This document shows positions 26,578 through 34,166 of a DNA stretch of 34,166 nt, in pieces. The notes under the pieces were generated by a model that saw nothing but the letters and a program-made list of their open reading frames with translations, had not been told where the DNA came from and did not search any database. The stretch lies in the IMG/VR virus record IMGVR_UViG_3300045003_000152, positions 1 through 34,166 of that record; one strand, 5' to 3'. Source of the stretch: a virus. Lineage: Duplodnaviria > Caudoviricetes. A program made the position numbers and the translations under genes. Within the stretch, counting starts at the first letter, position 1. The number at the start of each line of letters is the position of its first letter.

Positions 26578-27629
26578 TGTCACGAAAGTATCGACGCGGC
26601 GCCGGGCGCCGCGCACACGATCGGACCGAGCCGGTGGCCGACATGCAGTCGGCCTCGGCCACGCGCGCGGAAGTGTTCTCGTTCGGCGACCCGATCGCCG
26701 TGCTGGATCGGCGCGAGCTGCTCGACTACGTCGAGTGCATGCGCATGGGGAACTGGTACGAGCCGCCGCTGCCGCTCGACGGGCTCGCGCGCTCGTTCCG
26801 GGCCGCGCCGCATCACAGCTCGGCCATCTACGTGAAGCGCAACATCCTGGTGCAGTCGTACATCGAGCATCCGCTGCTGCCGCGCGCGGACTTCAGCCGG
26901 TTCGTGCTGGAGTACCTGGTGTTCGCGAACAGCTACCTCGAGCGGCGCACGAATCGGCTCGGCCAGCCGATGGCGCTGAAATGCTCGCTCGCGAAATACA
27001 CGCGGGTCGGCGTCGAGCCGGACCAGTACTGGTTCGTGACGAACGTGCGTGAACCGCACGCGTTTCCGGCGGGCGCCATCTATCACCTGTACGAGCCGGA
27101 CCTGAACCAGGAGATTTACGGGCTGCCCGAATACCTGTCGGCGCTGAACTCGACCTGGCTGAACGAGAGCGCGACGCTGTTTCGTCGGCGCTACTACAAG
27201 AACGGCAGTCACGCGGGCTTCATCCTGTACATGACCGACCCGGCCGACAAGCAGGAGGACGTCGACAACCTGCGCGCGGCCCTGAAGAACGCGAAGGGGC
27301 CGGGCAATTTCCGGAACCTGTTCATGTACGCGCCGAAGGGCAAGAAGGACGGGATCCAGCTGCTGCCGATCGGCGAGGTGGCGGCGAAGGACGAGTTCTG
27401 GAACATCAAGAAGGTGACGGTCGAGGATCAACTCGCGGCGCACCGCGTGCCGCCGCAACTGATGGGGATCATCCCGTCGAACGCGGGCGGGTTCGGTGAC
27501 GTGCACAAGGCCGCCGAGGTGTTCAACGAGCTCGAGATCGAGCCGCTGAAGGCGCGGCTGCGGGAGGTGAACGACTGGCTCGGGATCGAGGTGGTGCGCT
27601 TCAAGGACTTCGAGACGGCCAAGGGCTGA
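26577..27629 (+). CDS. Q: Portal protein gpQ
   Basis: FSFGDP...QEIYGLPEY...YYKNGSHAGFI...AAHRVPPQLMG; start overlaps P stop. Confidence 0.96.
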   Translation: MSRKYRRGAGRRAHDRTEPVADMQSASATRAEVFSFGDPIAVLDRRELLDYVECMRMGNWYEPPLPLDGLARSFRAAPHHSSAIYVKRNILVQSYIEHPLLPRADFSRFVLEYLVFANSYLERRTNRLGQPMALKCSLAKYTRVGVEPDQYWFVTNVREPHAFPAGAIYHLYEPDLNQEIYGLPEYLSALNSTWLNESATLFRRRYYKNGSHAGFILYMTDPADKQEDVDNLRAALKNAKGPGNFRNLFMYAPKGKKDGIQLLPIGEVAAKDEFWNIKKVTVEDQLAAHRVPPQLMGIIPSNAGGFGDVHKAAEVFNELEIEPLKARLREVNDWLGIEVVRFKDFETAKG

Positions 27630-27656
27630 CGTCCAACCGCGCGACCGGCAGACGAC

Positions 27657-27691
27657 AAGCCGCCGGGCACTTCGGTGCCGGCGGCTTTTTT
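27657..27691 (+). terminator. Intrinsic terminator after Q
   Basis: AAGCCGCCGGGCAC-TTCG-GTGCCGGCGGC followed by TTTTTT. Confidence 0.9.
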
Positions 27692-27872
27692 GCGTCTGGC
27701 GCCATGCGCCGCCGCGGCGGAATAGGGCGCCTCAGAGCCGCTGGCGCGCCGGCTGGCGGCTCGAGTCGGCCGAGGCCGCCGCGAGCCCGTGGTGGCCCTT
27801 GGGCCGCGCCGCAGAGGCGTTCTCGGGTCCGGACCCCGCCCGGAGGACGCTGCCTGCGACCCGGCGCGCGCA

Positions 27873-27891
27873 GTTGTGACCCCGCCCCACC
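27873..27891. other. P2-type cos site (putative 19-nt cohesive end)
   Basis: GCGCGCA-GTTGTGACCCCGCCCCACC-TGCCCGC resembles P2 cos (GTGCTTTCCCCGCCTCGCC, recalled) at the expected position after Q. Confidence 0.78.
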
Positions 27892-28058
27892 TGCCCGCGA
27901 AAACGAACGGTTTTTATGCACGCATGCACCGGCCGCTCAGGGCCGGCCAGCGTGGACTGCGCGCAGATCGATTGGGTGATTTCGTTATGCGGCTTTATGC
28001 GCCTTGGTTATGCAGTCTCGGCGTTTCTTTGCCTGTCCTAGAACTATGCACAATCCAT

Positions 28059-29378
28059 CTAGATTGCATCCAGTCCAACTGATGAGCCGAACCATACCGA
28101 GCGTGCTATCGAATAAGTTACGGTCGATAGCACATTCGCAGCACAGTTGGTTGCCGGATTCGGTACCCAAAAGATCGTGTTCGAGCTGGCGGCATCGAAA
28201 TTCTCGACGACAGCCATCACGTAGTTATTTTTGTGAGCTTGAGCCTGAGCCCACTCCCGATTCGTCAGTACGGGTGCGCAGGTCGCAACAGAACTCTTGA
28301 CTTCGACCAAGATGGTTCGAGAACTCTTTTTCGCTAACAGGTCACACCCGAGCTGCATGCGAGATACGTCATGTACGGTCCAGCCGGCTAGGGTTAATGC
28401 TTCGGCGACGCATTTCTGCGCATCCCAGCCGCTATTGTGCTGCGGTGCCGACACAATAGTTCCGGCCGGTGGCAGAAGAGGAATCGCGGGGAGTGCGACT
28501 GGCGCCGGTTGTGCGGCTTGTTGTCCGGGATGCTGAACTGCGACCGTCCCGGTTTCAGCGGCGCCGTCCGCAGCTCGCAGATAGGTGAAGTTTCCTCCGG
28601 CTTCGATAATTCGAGCGTTCAAAGGATTTTCGGGGGAATCATCGAAGTAAGCTTGGAACTCTTCGAGCGAGAAATTGAAGTCGACCATGAAATCTCGAAT
28701 CCCGACTGTTGATCGTTCCGCAAGCTTGAGCCCCATACCAGCGTCATGATAGAGAGCCACGATCAACGGCAGCGCGGGAATGCGCACGCCAGTCGGCACG
28801 ACGTATGGCGCGAAATTAAAGATGGCCGATGAATCAATGGCCGCGTACCCGGTGCGACCGGGATCGATCCGCAGCCACTTCCGGTGTTTTTCGCCTCTGT
28901 AGCTTCCAGTCGAACATAGGCTACAACTCGAACCTGAGAACACACCAGGGGTGGGGCTCGCTAGAAATTGGCATTCTTCTCGAGATTGATTGAGGAATGC
29001 GGCTCCTGCCAATATGTTGGCAGGAGCATAGCAACCAATTCCTTTTTGTATATTTAAATTGTTTCTCCAGGTATTTTGCGGCCCTTTGCCGGGGCTCGAA
29101 ACTCCACTCCGTGCCAAAAAATTGCTTTCAAAGAGCATCAAGACTGCCGCTTCGAGTGGTTTTGACGCCTTCGCATACAGGTCGTCGAGTAATATTTGAA
29201 TAACTTCGACAGATATAAATCTTCCCGAGTGCATGCTCGGAATGTCATTTTGGTAGAACTTGAGGGCCAGAAATATTTGTGTAAATCTGCCTTTAAACCA
29301 CTTGCCTACCGCCGATTTGTGAGCCGAAAGGCAATCAAGGGAAGTATCAAAAAGTACATTTTGAGTCACTGGAATCAT
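28059..29378 (-). CDS. Putative restriction endonuclease with C-terminal DUF3883-like PD-(D/E)XK domain
   Basis: GWTVHDVS...GCDL...VEVKSS...LTNREW; start overlaps the stop of the C5 methyltransferase. Confidence 0.72.
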   Translation of the reverse strand: MIPVTQNVLFDTSLDCLSAHKSAVGKWFKGRFTQIFLALKFYQNDIPSMHSGRFISVEVIQILLDDLYAKASKPLEAAVLMLFESNFLARSGVSSPGKGPQNTWRNNLNIQKGIGCYAPANILAGAAFLNQSREECQFLASPTPGVFSGSSCSLCSTGSYRGEKHRKWLRIDPGRTGYAAIDSSAIFNFAPYVVPTGVRIPALPLIVALYHDAGMGLKLAERSTVGIRDFMVDFNFSLEEFQAYFDDSPENPLNARIIEAGGNFTYLRAADGAAETGTVAVQHPGQQAAQPAPVALPAIPLLPPAGTIVSAPQHNSGWDAQKCVAEALTLAGWTVHDVSRMQLGCDLLAKKSSRTILVEVKSSVATCAPVLTNREWAQAQAHKNNYVMAVVENFDAASSNTIFWVPNPATNCAANVLSTVTYSIARSVWFGSSVGLDAI

Positions 29379-30568
29379 CGCGTCTCTCCCCGTGCGATGG
29401 CATTAATGTATTCTGCGGGGCTCAATGAGCCACGCATTAATTTTTGAAACAAGGTATCCGGTGAGTGTAAATAATTTTTCGCGGATCCATCTTCTCCCGC
29501 GCTGAGTGGGGGAAGGTCGCTAATAGCGTCTTGCACACCACACACAATGGGCAAATCATCAAATAAATCACGTGATGACCCAGATCGGGTGATAGGACGC
29601 GGACTCTGGATCTCTTGAGCACCGTGGCGATTGCCGACAAGGAATACACGTTGCCGCTTTTGCGGAATACCGTAGGCATCTGCATTCAGGCGCCAAGTAT
29701 GCACATCAAATCCGGACTCGGAAAGCGTTGTCTTTATCTCCTCCAGCACTTTCCCTTTCTCCATGCTAAGCAAGCCCGGCACATTTTCGAAAACGAAATG
29801 TGAAGGTTTTAACGCATCTAGCACCTTTGCGTATGACTTAAACAGGTGGTTGCGCTGATCCTGCATGGAACGGGCGTTGCCGGCGGTGGAAAATCCTTGG
29901 CACGGAGGTCCGCCGAGAACGATTAGCGGTTCCGTGGCAGTGGAGTTTTTTCTCGCTGTAGAGATTAAGCTCTCGAAAACATCTTCGTTTGCGATATCTC
30001 CGAGCACAGTTGGGCTATTCAGGTTGGCCGAGTGCGTCTCTAGAAAGGATGCCTCGATATCGTTGGATGCGAGAGACTTCCAACCGGCCCACTCGAAACC
30101 TAGGGCGAGTCCGCCCGCGCCACAGAAGAGATCGACGTACTGGCCTACGAATGGGAAGCCCAATGCTATTTGATAGGCGAGTAACGGTGGTACAGCATTT
30201 CCGATTTGCTTGTACACGCTCCCTCTGACTGCTTTGAAGATAAAATCATCTGGAAAGCTTTGGAGGCGTGCGCCTTCTCGTTGGGAAATTAGGCGATGCT
30301 GGCCACCATCAAAGTCGTAGTGAGCAAAACAGCCATTCCCAGGGCGATTAAAGTATGTGGTGATCGTATAAGCTGGTTCATGAGCACGAAGTCGACCATA
30401 GTACGTTGATCGACTGCCTTCGCCCCTTGCGAAGCTTTCGCGTATTTGCGCCAATCGCTTGGACGGAATGGTGTCGGGAATATTCTTCCAATTTCCGCCG
30501 GGCGGAACGCTCTTGATCATGGCAACGTCGAGGTCGCTCAACGTGGCGCTATAATGGTTTTCAATCAT
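29375..30568 (-). CDS. Circularly permuted C5-cytosine DNA methyltransferase (Alw26I/Eco31I/Esp3I-like)
   Basis: TRD and motifs IX-X (REGARLQSFPD, YKQIGNAVPP) precede motif I DLFCGAGG, IV GGPPCQGFS, VI ENV and VIII QKRQR. Confidence 0.92.
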   Translation of the reverse strand: MIENHYSATLSDLDVAMIKSVPPGGNWKNIPDTIPSKRLAQIRESFARGEGSRSTYYGRLRAHEPAYTITTYFNRPGNGCFAHYDFDGGQHRLISQREGARLQSFPDDFIFKAVRGSVYKQIGNAVPPLLAYQIALGFPFVGQYVDLFCGAGGLALGFEWAGWKSLASNDIEASFLETHSANLNSPTVLGDIANEDVFESLISTARKNSTATEPLIVLGGPPCQGFSTAGNARSMQDQRNHLFKSYAKVLDALKPSHFVFENVPGLLSMEKGKVLEEIKTTLSESGFDVHTWRLNADAYGIPQKRQRVFLVGNRHGAQEIQSPRPITRSGSSRDLFDDLPIVCGVQDAISDLPPLSAGEDGSAKNYLHSPDTLFQKLMRGSLSPAEYINAIARGETR

Positions 30569-30580
30569 CTAACTTTAAAG

Positions 30581-32200
30581 TTAATACAACTTCAGCAGTG
30601 AATCGCGAGAAAGTGGGCTTAGCCCGGGGAAGGATTCGAGTGCCGCAGAAAATTGCGATTTTTTCAAACCGTACGCCTTGGCAACCGCCACCTCAAGGAT
30701 ATACTCGTATTGAGTTGGGTTGCCTATACACTTTCTCGTGATTTCAGAAAGCCGCCGAACAATTGTCAGTCTTCTTAGGTCCGGAATTTTTACGCCGCGG
30801 ACTAATCCCAGAGAGATATGGCTGGTTGTCGATCTCGCGCGGATTTGAGTTTCAAACACGAGCGAATTCATTACGCCCAGCATGGCATATGTTTGTTCCT
30901 CAAATTGCGGCTCAAACAACGCAATGTTGAGCGAGTTTCCCGTCACAAAGCCGGGGTCGACAAGCGTTGCATGCATTCGACGCTGCTGTGTTGGGCGAGA
31001 CACGTCGCGCCACGCGATGCGCCGTAGGTCTGCGCTCCGGGGAATGCGCGTAGTCCGCGAGTCGATTCGGTTTACAGCCTGCTCGATGAGTTGGAATCGC
31101 CCAACCATTCTTCCCTTCAGGAAGCGGTATTGGCCATGTTCACTAAATTTTGTTGCGATTCGTGTTTCGTCTAGTTCACGGCCACACCACAGACCAAAGG
31201 CTCCGCCTTCGACGTCCGACCACGAAGGCAGGCTGCCAAGAGCGTCAAAGAAATCGCTTGTCGCACCGCTGATAGTAAAGGGGATGCAAAAGTCACGCTC
31301 TTCCCAAATTGCGTTCGTCGGGGAGATGGACCTCACGTCGTACGCTCCAGTCTCATGACGGAAGGTATGTAACTCGAAGTGCTGATGCTGGACTTCGAAT
31401 TTTTGAGCTACCGCGACCATGGATGATTGGTCGACTTTGGTGAACAGGCGTGACTCCGCTGCGAAATAGCCAACGTCTGTAAAGCGAAGGCGGCCCAACA
31501 ACCACTTTCGAAGTGGCACTGATACTTGGTCAGCGAAGGTGGATGCTGGTAGAACCATGGCAACGATGCCGTCCGGCACCGTAAGTGCTTCTGCCAACTC
31601 GGCGCCTACGCGTGACAAGTTTGTTCCCCACCCGGCGAATTTTCGCTGTGGTTGCGAGCGTGGATAGTCGGCCGCTAGGCGTTGGTCTAAAGCGCGGAGC
31701 TCGGCGATATATCGCTCTTGGTCAGTCCTACTGAGCTGATCTAATTCTCTACGATCAGGTTTCAGGGCGTCCCAAGGAGGGTTAGTTACCACCAAGTCAA
31801 AAAGCTGAGCGTCTTTAGCCAACGCGAACGCGTCGCCAGAGACGGATTTCAAATTCACTCGACGCCGAAGTGCGATCGGAAGGGCCGCTGCGCGGCGACT
31901 TGCCTCCTCCAATGCCGCTTCATCGGTGTCCCATAGCGTGACGTCCCAACTGCGTCGGATCCCATGCTTCTCTGCACATTCGATCAACCACCATACCAGG
32001 CGACCATCTCCTGAGAATGGATCGATCACTGACAGACGCTTCTTGGGTGAATGTGCAAGCAGCCTAACGACATTTTCCGCAAGAAAATTGCCGATTGTGG
32101 CGGGGGTGTAGAATTTTCCAGTTGCGCGAGCCAGGAGAGATTTTTGAGCAAGCGCTAGGCCTTGATTGCGGCGCAGCTTCAGGACTGGAAGATGGTTCAT
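30581..32200 (-). CDS. N6-adenine DNA methyltransferase, gamma class (Alw26I/Eco31I/Esp3I-like)
   Basis: GKFYTP, DPFSGDG, NPPWDALKPDRREL, GTNLSRVG, C-terminal TRD. Confidence 0.88.
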   Translation of the reverse strand: MNHLPVLKLRRNQGLALAQKSLLARATGKFYTPATIGNFLAENVVRLLAHSPKKRLSVIDPFSGDGRLVWWLIECAEKHGIRRSWDVTLWDTDEAALEEASRRAAALPIALRRRVNLKSVSGDAFALAKDAQLFDLVVTNPPWDALKPDRRELDQLSRTDQERYIAELRALDQRLAADYPRSQPQRKFAGWGTNLSRVGAELAEALTVPDGIVAMVLPASTFADQVSVPLRKWLLGRLRFTDVGYFAAESRLFTKVDQSSMVAVAQKFEVQHQHFELHTFRHETGAYDVRSISPTNAIWEERDFCIPFTISGATSDFFDALGSLPSWSDVEGGAFGLWCGRELDETRIATKFSEHGQYRFLKGRMVGRFQLIEQAVNRIDSRTTRIPRSADLRRIAWRDVSRPTQQRRMHATLVDPGFVTGNSLNIALFEPQFEEQTYAMLGVMNSLVFETQIRARSTTSHISLGLVRGVKIPDLRRLTIVRRLSEITRKCIGNPTQYEYILEVAVAKAYGLKKSQFSAALESFPGLSPLSRDSLLKLY

Positions 32201-32253
32201 TGCGAAGTCATGTAAAGGCTCTATTACCGGCGCCTGTATGGTGCGCCGGCTAC

Positions 32254-32550
32254 TTAGTCGTCGTTCAGGATCGGCAGTTGGCCCTGCCGGTTACCGCCAA
32301 ATCGACCTTTGGCGGAGCCTCCTCTGGGTCGTTTCGGTTCGATCTCGATGGCATTCAGCACCTGGCGGAAGTCCAAGTGCTTCTCAGCCATCTCTCCTAG
32401 AAGAGCTGCTATCACGGCCAAATGCGATGGCACGTGCCCGGTGCGGGCGTAGTTCGTCACCGAATTGGGGTTCGATTTGATCAGCACAGCAAGCTCCCGG
32501 GTCGTTAGGCCGGCCTTTCCCAGCTGACGCCTAAATTCTTCGTAGGTCAT
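32254..32550 (-). CDS. XRE-like HTH regulator heading the RM operon
   Basis: MTYEEFRRQLGKAGLTTRELAVLIKSNPNSVTNY...VPSHLAVIA; alternative start 32577. Confidence 0.8.
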   Translation of the reverse strand: MTYEEFRRQLGKAGLTTRELAVLIKSNPNSVTNYARTGHVPSHLAVIAALLGEMAEKHLDFRQVLNAIEIEPKRPRGGSAKGRFGGNRQGQLPILNDD

Positions 32551-32578
32551 GCGCGCATTGTACTTGGCGGTGGGCATT

Positions 32579-32683
32579 GCACATAAATTAATGATGTAGG
32601 CACATGTAAAAAGGTGTTTATTGAACTAACTAATGTAGTTGATACATATATATGTGTGTTAGACACATAAATTTGTGTGTTTG
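32579..32683. repeat. Degenerate 21-bp-period array with internal dyads (operator-like)
   Basis: Units at 32579, 32600, (32621), 32642 and 32663; e.g. ATACATATATATGTGTGTTAG and ACACATAAATTTGTGTGTTTG. Confidence 0.6.
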
Positions 32684-32770
32684 TGAGTAGCGCTGTTGTC
32701 TGTGAGGGGCGCTGCTGTGCTGATCTACCGGGGGCGAATGGGGACGTAAGTTTTCGCCGGGAGAAATAGG

Positions 32771-32976
32771 ATGAGTGACCTGAACGAAAGTCCGCGATCA
32801 GAACGTCCGGAGCGTCTGCTGCGCTTCGCAGAGGTCCGCGCCCGCATTGGCTTGTCCAAGAGTGAGATCTATCGCAGGATCGGAGCAGGAACATTCCCAG
32901 CTGGTGTCAAGCTGGGTGCCGGGCCGTGGCTTGGCGCGAATCCGTCGTTGAGGATTGGATCCGTGCTCTCGGGTAG
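32771..32976 (+). pseudogene. alpA: AlpA-family regulator/excisionase, frameshifted
   Basis: RLLRFAEVRARIGLSKSEIYRRIGAGTFPAGVKLG; conserved tail AVAWRESVVEDWI lies in another frame after an apparent 1-nt loss near 32920. Confidence 0.8.
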
Positions 32977-33123
32977 ATTCGCGTCGTGTCATCCGGGGAT
33001 CTTCGAGGCGTTTCCAATCAGAATTCGATCCTTATCAGACAAGGCCGGGAAGGGAGCGGAAACGTGTATTTTGGAAACGCGGAAACACGCTAAGTTATGG
33101 AAATCGTTGAAAATTCCAACTGC

Positions 33124-33166
33124 TTTGTAATCATCAGGTGGCGGGTTCGAGTCCTGCAGCCCACCA
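33124..33166 (+). other. attR: displaced 3' half of tRNA-Thr(UGU)
   Basis: TTTGTAA anticodon loop, TCATC, AGGTG, T-arm GCGGG-TTCGAGT-CCTGC, then AGCCC-ACCA; no 5' half upstream. Confidence 0.85.
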
Positions 33167-33179
33167 AATAAAGCAAGCC

Positions 33180-33211
33180 AAAAAGCCCAGCCCCATCCGG
33201 CTGGGCTTTTT
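33180..33211. terminator. Bidirectional intrinsic terminator after tRNA fragment
   Basis: AAAAAGCCCAGCC-CCATCC-GGCTGGGCTTTTT. Confidence 0.9.
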
Positions 33212-33330
33212 AGTTTCCACCGGCTAAACCGTACCCAGCCCCCACCAGCCACACTTCGCCGCAACGTCGTTTTTCCGCCGCGCCCACCCACCGGCCGGTT
33301 GACGCGTTCGACACCGGCCCCTTACCCTCT

Positions 33331-33505
33331 CGCGCTGATGGTTCCCGGCGACGGGATCAAAAGGGAACGCAGTAAAGGCGCGAGCCTTCGAGTCTGCGGC
33401 TGCCCCCGCAACTGTGAGCGGCGAGTCCATGCCATTCGAGGCCACTGGGAAACCGGGAAGGCCGGCATGGGCGCCGAGCCGCGAGCCAGGAGACCTGCCA
33501 TCGAC
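33331..33505 (+). ncRNA. Cobalamin (B12) riboswitch
   Basis: AAAAGGGAA...CTGCCCCCGCAACTGT...GCCACTGGGAAACCGGGAAGG...AGCCAGGAGACCTGCC B12 box upstream of a TonB-dependent receptor. Confidence 0.93.
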
Positions 33506-33607
33506 CGAGGTCCATGCAGCCGCAACGGGCGGGGTGTCCCAATGCGCAAAAGGCGCCGCTCGATGCGGCCGCCCGTTGCAGGACAGCCCGACCTCCGGAT
33601 CTGTCAT

Positions 33608-34166
33608 ATGTCCATCGTTTTATCCGCGCCTCGCGTCCAGACGGCCGTTCGCCGCTCTATCGCGACATCGGCGATTACCGCCGTCTGCGCATCGCTCGGC
33701 GCCCACGCCGCCGAAAACCCATCCACCGCCCAAGCACAGCAGGACGCCGCGCCCGACGCAGGCACGTTGCCGAACATCGTCGTCGTTGGCGACACGCTGC
33801 ATCTGCCCCAATCGTTCGATCAGCGCTACGCGACCACCCAGGTGCTCACGCGCGCCGACCTCGACCGCGTCTCGCCGGCCGACCCCAGCATCGCGCAGGC
33901 GCTCGCGACGCTGCCCGGCGTCACCGTCACGCAGAACGGCGGCCCGGGCGCTCTGGCCTCGGTCAGCATCCGCGGCTCGGCGGGCAATCAGGTCGCCGTT
34001 TTCATCGACGGCATTCGCGTCGGCTCGGCGACCACCGGCGCCGCCGAATGGGCCGACCTGCCGACGTCCGCCTTCGATCGCGTCGAAGTGATTTCGGGGC
34101 CGGCGGCCGCGTCGTTCGGCGCGAATGCCGTGGGCGGCGTGGTTCAACTCTTCACGCGCCACGCGT
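33608..34166 (+). CDS. btuB: TonB-dependent vitamin B12 receptor (5' part, runs off window)
   Basis: Manual translation: signal peptide, LPNIVVVG, plug ALATLPGVTVTQNGGPGALASVSIRGS...VFIDGIR...DRVEVISGPAAASFGANAVGGVVQLFT; riboswitch upstream. Confidence 0.88.
   Translation, partial: MSIVLSAPRVQTAVRRSIATSAITAVCASLGAHAAENPSTAQAQQDAAPDAGTLPNIVVVGDTLHLPQSFDQRYATTQVLTRADLDRVSPADPSIAQALATLPGVTVTQNGGPGALASVSIRGSAGNQVAVFIDGIRVGSATTGAAEWADLPTSAFDRVEVISGPAAASFGANAVGGVVQLFTRHA

Larger units (their letters stand above)
1..33166. mobile_element. P2-like prophage integrated at tRNA-Thr(UGU); left part outside window
   Basis: P2 gene order Q,P / O,N,M,L,X,lysis,R,S / V,W,J,I,H,G / FI,FII,E,E',T,U,D, plus ogr, repressor and cos; tRNA 3' fragment at the right boundary. 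Confidence 0.96.

Noticed and set aside
32579-32683. CRISPR-like or iteron array
   Set aside because: Units are degenerate and contiguous, with no spacers and no cas or rep gene nearby.
32771-33130. 119-aa ORF as an intact gene
   Set aside because: AlpA similarity stops at KLG; the remainder is out-of-frame read-through into the att region.
33090-33166. Complete tRNA-Thr gene
   Set aside because: No 5' acceptor strand or D-arm upstream of the anticodon loop; it is only the att fragment.
33414-34162. ORFs 33414-34091+ and 33620-34162-
   Set aside because: They overlap the riboswitch and the true btuB frame starting at 33608, which the track omits because it has no stop in the window.

Overview
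Most of the window (1-33166) is a P2-like (Peduoviridae-type) prophage, probably in a Burkholderia host (inferred from GC content, gene set and order). Its integrase and left end lie outside the window. From left to right it carries: the start of a CHC2/primase-type replication gene, small early genes, ogr, a divergent repressor switch, a complete P2 tail/lysis/head gene set, cos, a lower-GC restriction-modification cassette, a frameshifted alpA and attR (3' half of tRNA-Thr(UGU)). Host DNA follows, with a cobalamin riboswitch and the 5' part of btuB. Accessory cargo: a com + DNA methyltransferase pair, a stand-alone OLD-family ATPase/TOPRIM nuclease between S and V, and an Eco31I/Alw26I-like methyltransferase pair coupled to an unusual DUF3883-type nuclease. 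The most striking unexplained signal is a motif (Q-x-F-[ED]-G-x(1,2)-IGQ-xxx-GDV...S-[IV]-N) shared by the repressor C-terminus and the N-terminus of the adjacent membrane-anchored ORF6C-like protein. This suggests a homotypic, possibly amyloid-like, signalling switch. The prophage also shows decay: an in-frame sheath deletion, an alpA frameshift and a shortened attR. All assignments come from motif recognition by eye; no searches were run.
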